IMG/VR virus record: IMGVR_UViG_3300025000_000097
Location: 1-63,432 of that record
Length of the DNA stretch: 63,432 bases
Direction: 5' to 3' (one strand)
Source of the DNA: a virus
Taxonomy: Duplodnaviria > Caudoviricetes
In this document: piece by piece, positions 50,499-61,000 of the stretch
Layout of the letters: every line of letters begins with the position of its first letter
How positions within the stretch are numbered: position 1 is the first letter of the stretch
Program-made: the position numbers and the translations under genes
Notes under the pieces: generated by a model
Seen by the model: only the letters and a program-made list of their open reading frames with translations
Told to the model about the DNA's origin: nothing
Databases searched by the model: none

Positions 50499-51683
50499 TT
50501 ACGGTGTACGCGTGATTTTCAGGGTTGTATCAGTGGCAGTGTAGGTTGCTGTGAAGCTCAGGGTTTCTGTTCTGGCCATCTCGGTATCGTCGCGATCATC
50601 CCCTGTATACTTGACTGTGCCAAGATCGAAGGTATATGCCTTGGTCGCCGCCACCGAACCGAGAATTAGCTGCAGAGATGATGCAACACCCTTGAGAAAT
50701 TTCTTTCGCAGGGACTGGTTGATGTAGTAAACATTCAGCGTCCCGGTGATATTGATTCCGCCTACAGACACAGACTGTGCAGATGCTGAACCGCAGGCGA
50801 AGTTGGCGGCGAGCGGGTTTTCAACTTTCAAATCCCACCCAGTAACATGAGCGATGGTCACGCCGCCCTCCTGGATAGACCCTGTGAAGGAGTCAAACGG
50901 GGCAGTGGTAGCAGCAGCAACTACGCTTGTTGCATTTGAAGCCTTGTTGACGGTGATGCCGGCCGTAGCTACCTTGGTGACGGCGCCTGTCATGGTGGTG
51001 AAGCTCATCACGGTATCGGTCAGAGTGGTCACTGTCCACACAGTGTCATTGTTACCGGCATCGGTGTTACCCTTCATGCTCACCTTGAGCAGCGGTACGC
51101 CGGCAGTCACGAGCGGGAAGTTATCGACGGTATTAAAACCGGCTGTTGCTCTGGTGATGGTCTTGGCCGTTGCATCGATGGCAATGTTTACGCCTGTGGT
51201 CTGCGCTGCCTCGGTATCCATGAAGATGCCCGAGAACTCGCCCTCAGCAATACCGTTGACCTTCTGGCTGATACTGAATGAGCCAAATTGCAGACCAGTG
51301 TTGGATTCGGTGATGCCAAGCTCGGTGGCTGTCTCTTCACAGGAGTAGGTCTTCGCTGCATTACCGATCTTGAGAACATTGGCACCCCAGGTTGCTGATC
51401 CAGCAGCGGTGGTGTCACCCATTACGGCGGCCATTATGTCATCATAAGAACCATAGCTGTACTCAACAGGAATACTGAAGGTTCCGGACTTGTTACCGTA
51501 GGAGAGTGAAGAAGTCTGGCGATCTGCACGCCGTTCCTTAGAGGCAAAGGTATCTCGCTTGAGGTTCAGCTTGACACCAACTTTGCTTCTCAAGGTCTGA
51601 TAAGCGCCTGCCGCAGCAACCCCAGGGGTTGCTTCAGGGAAGTAGGTGTAAAGCGATTTGCTTCCGTCTGTAGTAGTTAACAT
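50499..51683 (-). CDS. major tail tube protein
   Basis: EATPG...SKERRADRQ...ITGTLNVYY. Confidence 0.85.
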   Translation of the reverse strand: MLTTTDGSKSLYTYFPEATPGVAAAGAYQTLRSKVGVKLNLKRDTFASKERRADRQTSSLSYGNKSGTFSIPVEYSYGSYDDIMAAVMGDTTAAGSATWGANVLKIGNAAKTYSCEETATELGITESNTGLQFGSFSISQKVNGIAEGEFSGIFMDTEAAQTTGVNIAIDATAKTITRATAGFNTVDNFPLVTAGVPLLKVSMKGNTDAGNNDTVWTVTTLTDTVMSFTTMTGAVTKVATAGITVNKASNATSVVAAATTAPFDSFTGSIQEGGVTIAHVTGWDLKVENPLAANFACGSASAQSVSVGGINITGTLNVYYINQSLRKKFLKGVASSLQLILGSVAATKAYTFDLGTVKYTGDDRDDTEMARTETLSFTATYTATDTTLKITRTP

Positions 51684-51702
51684 GATTTGCTCCTTCTATT
51701 AT

Positions 51703-52095
51703 TTAGTTAGCAACTTGCGTGTAAAAGGCGATGCTCAAAATATTATGCGTGAGATATACTTTTCTGACAGTAACAGTTACGCCATTATATACTAACGTAG
51801 TACCCCGTTTAAAATGGTTGCGCAAAGTACCGGCCAAGGTATTCAACGAATTTATACCCTCGCCTTCTGGAATATTACAGAGCATTAATTGATATATTCC
51901 AGTTTCCCAATTACGCCCTGTCTCACCAAGTTCAGCCTGCACACCTTCTCCCCACAACATCGTAGGGACGAGGTACGGAACACCAGCAACAGGGGTATAA
52001 GAGAAGTTCTCCCAGGCGACAACGATTCCTGGTTCCAGTGCATGTAATCGGGCAGCTAATGCTCCACGGATATCAGTGTACTGTGTTGTGCTCAT
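51703..52095 (-). CDS. tail terminator (DUF4128-like)
   Basis: VAWEN..YTP...GIYQ...HFKRGT. Confidence 0.75.
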   Translation of the reverse strand: MSTTQYTDIRGALAARLHALEPGIVVAWENFSYTPVAGVPYLVPTMLWGEGVQAELGETGRNWETGIYQLMLCNIPEGEGINSLNTLAGTLRNHFKRGTTLVYNGVTVTVRKVYLTHNILSIAFYTQVAN

Positions 52096-52511
52096 ATACC
52101 CTTCTTACCATTGGTTTTGATCCAGGCTAGCATCTCTTCCATTGTTACGCGAACCATGCCGTTTGGCGCTTGGGTACTCCCTGGGGTTCCATCTTCCTTC
52201 CCATACTCCAGCACACCGATATATGGTACGTTGTTGGTAAAGAAAAGAGACCCTTGACATTCCCAACTCAGTGTGCCATTAGCAGTGGCAGCGAGTGTTG
52301 CTGATCCACTCTTGTCCTCAGCTTCAATCGCAAAAGTAATTGGGGTTCCAGGTTGAACGCCCCAATTTGCGCGCGCTCGTCCGGTATCTACCGGGGTCCT
52401 GAGCACGATCCGACTAAAGGCTTCGAAGCTGATCTTTCTGATTACTGTCTTTACATCTGCATTAAACTTCTTTGCGAATTTAGAAATATCAGCCGAAAAA
52501 GAGTTGCTCAT
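52092..52511 (-). CDS. HK97 gp10-like neck/tail-completion protein
   Basis: TPVDTGRARANW, NNVPYI..LEYG, QAPNGMV. Confidence 0.85.
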   Translation of the reverse strand: MSNSFSADISKFAKKFNADVKTVIRKISFEAFSRIVLRTPVDTGRARANWGVQPGTPITFAIEAEDKSGSATLAATANGTLSWECQGSLFFTNNVPYIGVLEYGKEDGTPGSTQAPNGMVRVTMEEMLAWIKTNGKKGI

Positions 52512-52873
52512 TTTCGTATCTGTGCTGTATAGACTATTGTGATGCCACCGGGGCTTGTTGGTTTGCAGTCAATAACATGCCAGACAGTGCTCGCCATGAT
52601 TACTTTGAAATCGGGGGTAATAGGCGGAATTGTTATATCAACTGCGATCAGGAGTTTTTTATCGCCGCGCTTTATATTGGTCCCATCAACATCGCGCTGT
52701 GCATACTCCTCTTCGATGGCGTAACCAGTATAGTCCACCGTAGCCCCAGGGGTGATCGTGCTTGTTACAGGGTCAATGGATGCAATAACCGGAGGACGAA
52801 GTAGTATCTGCTGCCCGTATTTTTTTATGAGTGGGGCTGCGGTATTATCACGCAGCGATTCATAAAAACCCAT
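52508..52873 (-). CDS. head-closure protein
   Basis: FYESL...LIKKYG...DGTNIKRGD; position. Confidence 0.75.
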   Translation of the reverse strand: MGFYESLRDNTAAPLIKKYGQQILLRPPVIASIDPVTSTITPGATVDYTGYAIEEEYAQRDVDGTNIKRGDKKLLIAVDITIPPITPDFKVIMASTVWHVIDCKPTSPGGITIVYTAQIRK

Positions 52874-53388
52874 TAGCTTCGCACCAGTTGACAAACATTT
52901 GCTGGCTCCAGTAAAGGGGCGAGGAGCTGTTCTACGATCTGATAAGTTTTTGCAGCCGGAGCACGATCGGAAAAGGTCTGGGTTACCGGACCAACCTGAA
53001 CGCTTTGAACCAAACCACCACGATCTAAATCTTCAGCCAAGTCACCGCTTAATGCACGCAATGCTAATTCACATTGCGCATCTTTTAACCGTTGCGGAAT
53101 AAGAGTCGAGGGGATAAGGTCAAAGGTGCTTTGCCCTAAGTTAGCATTTTTTCTTGGCCATTGTAGGCACTGTACCAATGGACTTACTTGGGCACCCTTC
53201 CAGCGTGGGTAATACTTACCATCCAGATAGGCTACCGCCCTACGGAGCGCTTGCTCACGAAGGGTGTCAGAGGCAGCCAAGCCCCAAGCCGTGTTTCCAC
53301 GATTGAGATGATACGTAGCTGCAGATTCAAGACTCACGTATGAATCTGCAGCTGTAATTATCGTACCTGTTTCAATTACGAGGGGCAT
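52873..53388 (-). CDS. DnaT-like head-tail adaptor
   Basis: ADSYVS...ALRRA..YLD...QCLQWPR...AQCELAL. Confidence 0.8.
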   Translation of the reverse strand: MPLVIETGTIITAADSYVSLESAATYHLNRGNTAWGLAASDTLREQALRRAVAYLDGKYYPRWKGAQVSPLVQCLQWPRKNANLGQSTFDLIPSTLIPQRLKDAQCELALRALSGDLAEDLDRGGLVQSVQVGPVTQTFSDRAPAAKTYQIVEQLLAPLLEPANVCQLVRS

Positions 53389-53400
53389 GAGCTGGTCCTT

Positions 53401-54144
53401 TTATACAAAGGCTACATTGCGCGGGGTGGCGAATACGCCAGAGATTCTGCCGGCGGCATCCTTCACCCAGGGGTAAATGTCTTTGGTGGTTGCGGTAGCA
53501 GAGGTATATTCTACCGGCTTAACAGCATTCCATCCAGCAGCATCAATCGCAGGGACTGTGTTGCTCTCTGTGATGATGTAGGCAGCAACAGCTTTATTAT
53601 CCGACCCGGTAAATGATGCGATGACAACAGTGGTTCCTGTTACGGCGCCCACTGTAAATGCCGTGACAGCCGGCGTTTCAGAGGTCGCTCCTGTTGATAC
53701 TGCAGAAGCAATCGCAGTATCATAAGCATCAGAAGCAGCTGCCAATGCAATGACAGCAGCATCGTAGATATCATCCACCGCATCGTAAGCAGCTTGAGCA
53801 GCGGTCTCAATTACTTGAGCAGCCACTACTTTAGCTGAAGCATCCGTCAGTGTAGCTTGGGCATTAACCCTGTTAAGTGTCGCAGTAGCAAGGGCAACGC
53901 TTGCGGCATCAAACAGCCCTCTCTTTACGATCGCATCCAGACGGGCAGCTACAGCTGCTTCCAGCTCGCCCTTGACTTTTACACGGCCAGAATACAGCAA
54001 GGGTGCAGCCTGTGCTTCTGTCATAATGGCATCGAGGGCATTATTAGCCGCAACAGTAAACGGATAACCGTAATGCATTTCGGTATCACCTGCTGCAGAG
54101 CGTGAGACTTCATCCTTTATCAGTTCAACAGTTAGATTTGCCAT
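53401..54144 (-). CDS. putative capsid decoration/structural protein
   Basis: Ala-rich helix plus Ig-like C-terminus (YPWVKDAAG). Confidence 0.55.
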   Translation of the reverse strand: MANLTVELIKDEVSRSAAGDTEMHYGYPFTVAANNALDAIMTEAQAAPLLYSGRVKVKGELEAAVAARLDAIVKRGLFDAASVALATATLNRVNAQATLTDASAKVVAAQVIETAAQAAYDAVDDIYDAAVIALAAASDAYDTAIASAVSTGATSETPAVTAFTVGAVTGTTVVIASFTGSDNKAVAAYIITESNTVPAIDAAGWNAVKPVEYTSATATTKDIYPWVKDAAGRISGVFATPRNVAFV

Positions 54145-54176
54145 TTGTCAATTCCTCATGTATTGCTACGGAGAAG

Positions 54177-54485
54177 TTACTTACCTTTTTTAGCAGGAGC
54201 AGGAGCGTCAGCAGGAGCGTCAGCAGGAGCGTCAGCAGGCGCGTCAGCAGGAGCAGCAGCAGGAGCGTCAGCTTCGTCTTCTATGATCTGAACCCGGCCA
54301 GCTTCTTCCATGAGAAGGGCATCTTCATCAGAGAGAATGGCTGTCAGACACAGAATTGGATTCCCTTTCTTATCTTCTTCATTGGTTTCCGTAGCAATGA
54401 ATGGGATACCGTAATGCAATTCTGGCAGGCCTACCGCACATTGCGGTGCAAACAGGCTATTAAGCAGTACTCGCTTCATAATCAT
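54177..54485 (-). CDS. small protein with ADAP repeats
   Basis: Downstream of the MCP; 12-nt tandem repeats. Confidence 0.6.
   Translation of the reverse strand: MIMKRVLLNSLFAPQCAVGLPELHYGIPFIATETNEEDKKGNPILCLTAILSDEDALLMEEAGRVQIIEDEADAPAAAPADAPADAPADAPADAPAPAKKGK
54192..54272. repeat. 12-nt tandem repeat GCAGGAGCGTCA
   Basis: About 5-6 imperfect copies encoding ADAP. Confidence 0.85.
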
Positions 54486-54578
54486 ATCCTTTCTTTTATA
54501 ACAAGGAGCTGTCCTGGGGGATACTCTCTCTCCTTACCTGTCGCCTAAGGAGGGGGAGTATCTTTGTTCAGTCGGTGC

Positions 54579-55511
54579 TTAGTTGTTGATGGAGGTAAGG
54601 CGTGCAACGCCTTTGCGATTGAAACTGGCGAAGTTGGCATACTGCTTGACACGCCAGATTTTGCCGTCGACGGCTTCCTGCGCACCGATAGGCTCGACCT
54701 GGATACCAGCGGGGACGTTGATGGGGTGGATACCAGCAACACCGACCTTGTTGGTGCCATCGTCAAAGACGCCGCCATATACGGAGGTCAGTGCGCCGCC
54801 AGCCAGTGCAGCACCGTTGGCAGTTTCAACTACGGAGAGATACTCGTTCTTGAAGAACGGAACGCCTTCATAACCGATTACGGTACGGCCACCAGGGAGG
54901 GTGATAACCTCGTTGATGGAAGCGCCACCAAGGGCACGGAGCAGAACCTTGTAGGAACGGATGGTACGTGCAGGGGCCTGGAGCCAGTCAACCTGGCCAT
55001 CCTTGGCCTTTATCAGGTCCATCAGCTCATCCAGGAGGGCGAATGACAGGGCCTGACCAGCGGACGCGGTCGTATACTGCCCGGAGTCCACCAGGGAGTG
55101 CAAGGAGTTCATGGCAGGGGTAGCACCAGTGCCAGTAGCCATGCCGGTCTGAAAGAGACGACCGATTGACTTCGCTTTCGAGCTGATCTCGATAGCGGTC
55201 TGGTCGACGCCAGCAGAAGATGATTCAGCAACCACCAGGCCGTCAAGCTCCGCATCACCAATCAGCTTGGTTGCGGAGAAGGTTACCTGCGTGAATGTTG
55301 CAGCACCCTTATGGGTGATGGTATCGCCGACGGAGTAAAGACCCGCATCGCCGAGTGCATTCTCACGGTTAACGATGAGACCCTGACCTTCATAACCGGT
55401 GAAGGGGAGGATATCGAAGATAGGGTTGATGGAGATGATATCCTCAGCAACGCCCTGAACGATCTGGTTGTTGATGAGTTTCTTTGCTTCTGCGAGTGTC
55501 TGAGTTGCCAT
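54579..55511 (-). CDS. major capsid protein
   Basis: TLAEAKKL...ILPF...NRE...VARLTSI; follows the scaffold gene. Confidence 0.9.
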   Translation of the reverse strand: MATQTLAEAKKLINNQIVQGVAEDIISINPIFDILPFTGYEGQGLIVNRENALGDAGLYSVGDTITHKGAATFTQVTFSATKLIGDAELDGLVVAESSSAGVDQTAIEISSKAKSIGRLFQTGMATGTGATPAMNSLHSLVDSGQYTTASAGQALSFALLDELMDLIKAKDGQVDWLQAPARTIRSYKVLLRALGGASINEVITLPGGRTVIGYEGVPFFKNEYLSVVETANGAALAGGALTSVYGGVFDDGTNKVGVAGIHPINVPAGIQVEPIGAQEAVDGKIWRVKQYANFASFNRKGVARLTSINN

Positions 55512-55545
55512 GACTTGTTTCCTCCTGGGGGAAATTGGTTGCGAC

Positions 55546-56316
55546 TTACCCGCCCAGTTCTTTCAATCCGTTTGCGATCTTCTGGGTGGAAGTCAGGTTC
55601 TTGGTATCGGTATTTAAATTGCCATGTTGATTGTTCTGTCGTGTTTCATTACCGGCTGCGTTTGTCCCGCGGAGGATACGATCCTTGAGCGGGTACCTAT
55701 CGACGACAACCTGAATTGCTTCTTCGAAATCAGCAAGCTCGCCAGGTTTCTCCTTGGAGTAAATCTTCTCTTCGCCGATATAGGCAACCATGCGGCCATC
55801 TTCGATCTTGAAGTTCTTCCCGAACGTTGCTTCAGCAATGTCTGGGGGAAGGATGATCTTCGCATCCTTGCCGTTAATGAACGGGCTGGACGAGAACCGG
55901 TTGGACACTTCCAGCTTGTAGATGTGACCGTCCTTTGCTGCGATCTGCTCAGCATGGGCTTTGGTCATATTGGCGATCTTCTCCTCATAACCAGCGGAGA
56001 CCTGCTGCTTCACCTTATCTACCTCGCCTGCATCGATCAGCTTCTTGGAGTCAAGGTTGCTGAATGTCTCGAGTGCTTTGGCGGCTGCTACTGGGTCCAT
56101 GTTGTTGTAGGCGGCGAGCTTGGTGGTTGCTGCTTCAGCTGTTTCGCGGTGCGTCTTATTCTCAGCATTCAGCGCGGTGATCTTGCTGAACATATGAGGT
56201 ACGTCAACTGCGATATCTGCTCCTGCATCATCCACGTAAATCGGTTTGCCGTCTTTCATACAGATCACTTCTACTTCTTGACCATCTACCAGGACCTTCA
56301 TGGTTTTTACTCTCAT
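55546..56316 (-). CDS. capsid scaffolding protein (DUF6651-like)
   Basis: DGKPIYVDD.G...LNAENK.HR...KLIDAGEVDKV...PGELADFEEA. Confidence 0.85.
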   Translation of the reverse strand: MRVKTMKVLVDGQEVEVICMKDGKPIYVDDAGADIAVDVPHMFSKITALNAENKTHRETAEAATTKLAAYNNMDPVAAAKALETFSNLDSKKLIDAGEVDKVKQQVSAGYEEKIANMTKAHAEQIAAKDGHIYKLEVSNRFSSSPFINGKDAKIILPPDIAEATFGKNFKIEDGRMVAYIGEEKIYSKEKPGELADFEEAIQVVVDRYPLKDRILRGTNAAGNETRQNNQHGNLNTDTKNLTSTQKIANGLKELGG

Positions 56317-56444
56317 GGTGCATTCCTCCTGCGGTTTCCTCCGCATGTGATCCCGTTTCCACGGGTGCTACTGGTTCGACAGCATCCGCCGTCTGTGAGC
56401 TAACTCGCAACTAGTGTGTATTGAGTCGAACTCAATTAATATTG

Positions 56445-56473
56445 ATTATATCGCAGGATGGCGCTCGTGTACA
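56445..56473 (-). promoter_or_regulatory. TGTACA-family promoter of the head-tail operon
   Basis: TGTACA-17-TATAAT; palindrome ATTGAGT-CGA-ACTCAAT at 56420-56436 just downstream. Confidence 0.75.
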
Positions 56474-56565
56474 CATTTATTTTTGAGAATCTCAAAATAA
56501 ATCAAGCACTTAGACTCAGAGTTTTCTGCATAATAATTTGTTGATCTAAAAATAATAGCTGATGC

Positions 56566-56640
56566 GCAAAATAAATGTGTACATTCAGAAATGACTGCGG
56601 TATAGTTGAAACATCAAGCAGCAACAACTCAAGGATTATA
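56566..56640 (+). repeat. 75-bp promoter/leader cassette (inverted copy of 24699-24773)
   Basis: TGTACA(56578)-17-TATAGT(56601). Confidence 0.9.
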
Positions 56641-56649
56641 GGGGGTAGT

Positions 56650-56847
56650 ATGGGGTTCACTAACTATGAGCTAACGAAAAAGGAAGGGTATAATGCTGCG
56701 AAGAAAGGCTATGATAAGGACGCTTGCTGCTACTGTGATGCAAATCAAAAGCGTGCATGGCTGAAAGGATGGAATGCGTATCATGAAGAAATTGGCACTG
56801 AGGGCGATCTTTCTCTCACGCAGGCACAAAACAAGATGTGGAGTTAA
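56650..56847 (+). CDS. Rmf-like small protein
   Basis: EGYNAAKKG....CCY....KRAWLKGW pattern; has its own promoter and terminator. Confidence 0.6.
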   Translation: MGFTNYELTKKEGYNAAKKGYDKDACCYCDANQKRAWLKGWNAYHEEIGTEGDLSLTQAQNKMWS

Positions 56848-56871
56848 TCCTCGAACCATCCCCACGTTGTC

Positions 56872-56907
56872 AAAAAGGCCTACCAGAGCGATCCGATAGG
56901 CCTTTCC
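56872..56907. terminator. probable bidirectional terminator
   Basis: AAAAAGGCCTA...TAGGCCTTT between convergent genes. Confidence 0.65.
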
Positions 56908-56951
56908 TTGTAACTAGTCAGCCCGTCCTATCCGGACGTCTCCTAGGCGTT

Positions 56952-57149
56952 CTACTGCGTATTCTCTTCATACTGGATTCCGTGGTCCCCAGGGAAAGGC
57001 TCAGTATGTAAGTGGGCCCCAGAAATGATTTCTGTAGGGATACCTTCTGGGAAGGCTTTACATACTAGAATCTGTGTCCGCTCGTCGTCGCCCTGTGCCC
57101 CCACGAAGTGGATGCATTTTCTTGTGTAGCACGGTGGTTCTATCATCAT
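56952..57149 (-). CDS. small Cys/His protein often seen after MuF toxin genes
   Basis: C....CIHF...CKAFPEGIP...H..PFPGDHGI; GAGGAGG RBS. Confidence 0.65.
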   Translation of the reverse strand: MMIEPPCYTRKCIHFVGAQGDDERTQILVCKAFPEGIPTEIISGAHLHTEPFPGDHGIQYEENTQ

Positions 57150-57585
57150 CAGCTGTATCCTCCTCAAATAGATTCCCGTAGTAGTCCTCTTGCTGCTCAG
57201 CGGCTTTCTTGGCATCGAAGGATTCTGCCCTAGGGAACAACGTCAACTTGACCCCATAACACCCAGTCGCGAAGGCACTCAGTAGGGCACTCCATACTTT
57301 ATGACAGGCGTTGTTATATGGTCCGGGTTTCAATGCGCCTTTAAAGTTGGTGTAATCAATGTCGCGTAATACCTTTGCCATGGCCCCCTGTAGCTCCCCA
57401 CGCGTCAGCTTGGCCCGGAAGGCATAGTCATTATTAGGCGTGGCCGTGATGCGACGCCTAGCAAGAGGCAGAGCTTCGAGAAAGGCAACTAGATGATCCC
57501 TGCTCCTGGTTCTTATCCACAAATATTTCGGTGTTTTCCAGTCTTGTACTACGCTTAATGCTCCGTGCTTTGTAAATACCCACAT
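57058..57585 (-). CDS. hypothetical phage protein
   Basis: MWVFT..G..SVV...DY.FR...IDYTNFK; ATAGGAGG RBS. Confidence 0.7.
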   Translation of the reverse strand: MWVFTKHGALSVVQDWKTPKYLWIRTRSRDHLVAFLEALPLARRRITATPNNDYAFRAKLTRGELQGAMAKVLRDIDYTNFKGALKPGPYNNACHKVWSALLSAFATGCYGVKLTLFPRAESFDAKKAAEQQEDYYGNLFEEDTADDDRTTVLHKKMHPLRGGTGRRRADTDSSM

Positions 57586-57604
57586 GTTTTGCCTCCTATA
57601 ATCC

Positions 57605-57937
57605 TTAGTCTACGATTGCCCCGCTTCTGATAGCAGCCGTGATGAGCATCTCATCTGTGAGATAGCCTTCACTTTCCTTATGATCCAACCACCGTTGCCA
57701 CTCATCCCATTCCTCATCGTTCTTGGTCAGGGTTCTAAGGGTACAACCACCGACGGTCCACGCGCCGCCTCCGTTGTCCGCCAACTCGCCTTCCAACACA
57801 TGGAATGGTTGCCCCTCAGGTGTATCCCACCAAAGGGCTACGAAGCAGGCTCCATCCGCGTGCCTGAAAACTGTATCCGCAATACAGGTCGCTCCATGTT
57901 TGAAGGTAACCAATACAGGTCTCTCTATGCTAAACAT
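57605..57937 (-). CDS. acidic hypothetical protein, candidate immunity protein
   Basis: First gene after MuF; has its own promoter. Confidence 0.6.
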   Translation of the reverse strand: MFSIERPVLVTFKHGATCIADTVFRHADGACFVALWWDTPEGQPFHVLEGELADNGGGAWTVGGCTLRTLTKNDEEWDEWQRWLDHKESEGYLTDEMLITAAIRSGAIVD

Positions 57938-57975
57938 AATGCACTCCTTTCCTAATATACCCTCCTATAATTGTA

Positions 57976-58004
57976 ATCATACTACGATCAGAGCTGCTTG
58001 TACA
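57976..58004 (-). promoter_or_regulatory. TGTACA-family promoter
   Basis: TGTACA-17-TATGAT directly after the MuF stop. Confidence 0.65.
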
Positions 58005-58007
58005 CGA

Positions 58008-61000
58008 TTATTTTACGATGACATCGGTTAGAGCGCGACCATCAGGCCACTCTGTTATCTTATGCTTTCTGAATATAGCCAGGACTTTATCATATTGCTC
58101 TCGCGGTACTTTGATCTGTTCTACATCTTCAAATATAGATAACCCGCCTTTGAAGATAGTCTCGTTGCTACTATGTTGTTGTGCCATATTCTTCCAGCCT
58201 TTGATATTGGAGGCTGCTCTGTTTGTGAGCACGAAGCCATCCTCACCCAATGCAGCATCTGGCGTCCCACCCCGGCCTACAGGATTCGTTGCCTTGGTCT
58301 GGCCATAAGTGTCACCGCTGTAGCTGATCGCATCCAGCCGGCGCAGGTGGTTATCTGCACGCCAGGTTATACCAGCTTCACTTTTTGAAGAGGACAAAGT
58401 CTTGACCCGTGTGTACACGTAATCAGCGCCTCCATACTTGAAGTCGGTAGAAGCGGAGGAAGTCCCCCAAGGAATGCCACGCCGTACGCGGTCTGTTGAA
58501 GCAGCCAGCTTGCCCCCTGAATCAAGGATGCGATCGAATCCGCCGACATAATCGCCTGACCAGAATGAATGATGCAGACGGTACTCCTTCGTGAAGGCAT
58601 CCCAAGCAGGCCCTTGCAGGTCTGGGCGGTGAAGCAAGATGTTACCCTGATTGAAGTGCTCCAGCGTACCATCGGGCTTGTAATCTGGGAGTGTGGTGAT
58701 ATCCTTTATACCGAGCTTCGTATTGAGGTACTCCTTCCACCGCGTTATGCGTACAGTAACATCTGACTCATTACCAATGGAAGCTGCTCGTACGCTGTAG
58801 TCGCTATTATTAAGGTGGTAGGCGATCTTCTGGAGGTACATCTCTTCCTTCTGGATGAGGGCTGGAATTTCGACATTGAGCCCGATCTTGTCTAGCGCAG
58901 AAATGGCCTTATTGATGGCCTCCTTGGATGCGCCGTCAGTTATGATCTGTACTCTACCCTGTAATGAGTACGCAATGCTGTCATCACCTTTCGGCCAGTA
59001 GCGTACCTTTACGCCATTAATCTCTGCTTCGTAAAAATAATTCTCCCCGCCAACAGAGAGCGACTCTTGAATATTGCTGCGGATAATGTTGCCCTTGTCT
59101 ATCGTTGCTTTCTCAAAGGTACCTGCTTTCTTGAAGAATTTAATTTCTGATGACTCCGGTAACTTCGGTGCCGGGATAGTTATTGATGGTACCTCGAAGG
59201 CCTTGAATTGTTTGGTTGGCACGAAGTCCTTAGCGGGCGCACCTTCCCCTGCCTTGATTATCTTGCCGAGCAGTCCATTCCAGTCTCGGTGATACAGGTC
59301 CCATTCGCTCCCTACAAGGTTAGTGCCTGCGAGTGAAGCCTTATCCCAGAAATCGGATAGTTTAGCCACAGCTGCTTTTGCCCTATCAATATCCTTGGCC
59401 CGGAGTGACTCGCCGTTTTTAGCCTGCGCCCCAACACCCTTTAATGTATCGATGATGCTGTTGGATACGCCATCTATATCGGTTTTAGTTATACCTTTTA
59501 TAGCATACTCAAGTGTTGGGCCCGGCTGTAATCCGCCTGCGCGCGCTACGTAGCCATCCATGATCTTAGCACCTTCAGCCCGCACCTTGAACGTTCCGAC
59601 GATACCATCATTGCCGTTAGAGAAACGCTCCTGATGGAATAATATCTGCTGATCCTCCAGCTGCTTGTAATCCACACGAACAGCCACACCATTTCCGCGG
59701 GCGGCACGGATCGCCCAGAATTGATCCTGGGACACCACCGCCTTGCCCATCATTTCTACCGTCTTCTCAACCAAGTCTGGAAACTGCTGGGCTATGTACC
59801 GTTGACGAGCGATGAGTGTATCAACGAGCTCTCTACGCTGTGAAACAGACCATAAGTCACCGTATCCGTGGACAGTGGCTGCTATGTCGGACTCCTTGAT
59901 ATTGAGCACGCGGCGTATCGCAGCCTCGAGGTCCGCTTGCTTCATACCGGCGAACACGGTTGCAGACTGTGAATTGATGCTGGCATCTCGAAGTGACTTG
60001 AGCTCCTCTACCACATTGCCTAGGGTTTTAGTGCCACCTTGCGCACGGTAGAAAAGTGCACCTCCGGGATCGACCCTTACAGCAGTCACTCCATTCAGCA
60101 CCTTCATATTATTGTAAGTCTGACCCACGACGTCCCAGTTGGCGAGCCAGGCATCAACGCCGAATCCATCGTACACCCCAGCCAGCTTGCCGCTCTGTAG
60201 CGCCCCAGGGTTTACCTCCAGCCCATCTATCCAGCGACTGGCCACACCCCACTTGCCATTGCCCAGATCGATCAGCTGCATATCAGTTGCATTGACTCCT
60301 GCCATCTTGTATAGATGCGTGGCCATTACCTCGTTCTGTGCAATATCGTTGCTGGCAGACAGCTTGATGTAGAACTGCTCGCCTGTAACCTTGTTGACGT
60401 AGGTGCCACCCTCGTTGGAGCCTAGCTTGCCGCCTACCTTTTTAAAGTCATCCAGGCTAAGCGTTGTAGGCGCAGGGGGCGGCACAGAAGGACCCGCCAC
60501 AGCGGTGCCGGTCTTACTGCTCATCGTTGCATCGACCTTGTTCATGAGGTCATCATACTCGTGCTTAGGCACATCCCCCAGTATCTTCTTCTCAGCGGGA
60601 GTTAGGTCAAGGCCTTTGACGAGCTTCCCTTTGATCTGGGGTTTGTATGCCTTCCACTTCTTCTGTAAGGCATCATCGAATGCTGCGACCTTAGCGGCAT
60701 TGATCGCGGCCTCCTCAGCAAGTGCCTTCTCGATAGCGAGCGCACTTTCCTCAGCCAGCTTATCAAGGGCTTCCTTCGCAGCCTTCGCCTCAGCATTTAT
60801 CAAGGCTTTCTCTTCACCTGACAGTTTGCCCAACAGCTCAACCATATCATCACTGAGCACCTTTCCGTTGACGTAACCGTCGATGTATGCCAGCTTCGCC
60901 TCATCCAGCGCCTTCTTGGCAGCCTCGAACTCTTGCAACGCCTTGGCTGATATAGCTGTCATCTCATCGGAAGATAGTCCCTTACCTGCCTTGCTTATAA

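Noticed and set aside
54192-54272. Tandem repeat as a CRISPR array
   Set aside because: 12-nt units without spacers that encode an ADAP linker
56420-56437. AATTGAGT shared between this palindrome and the 10-nt helicase gap (possible guide RNA or recombination scar)
   Set aside because: An 8-nt match is expected by chance in 63 kb over both strands
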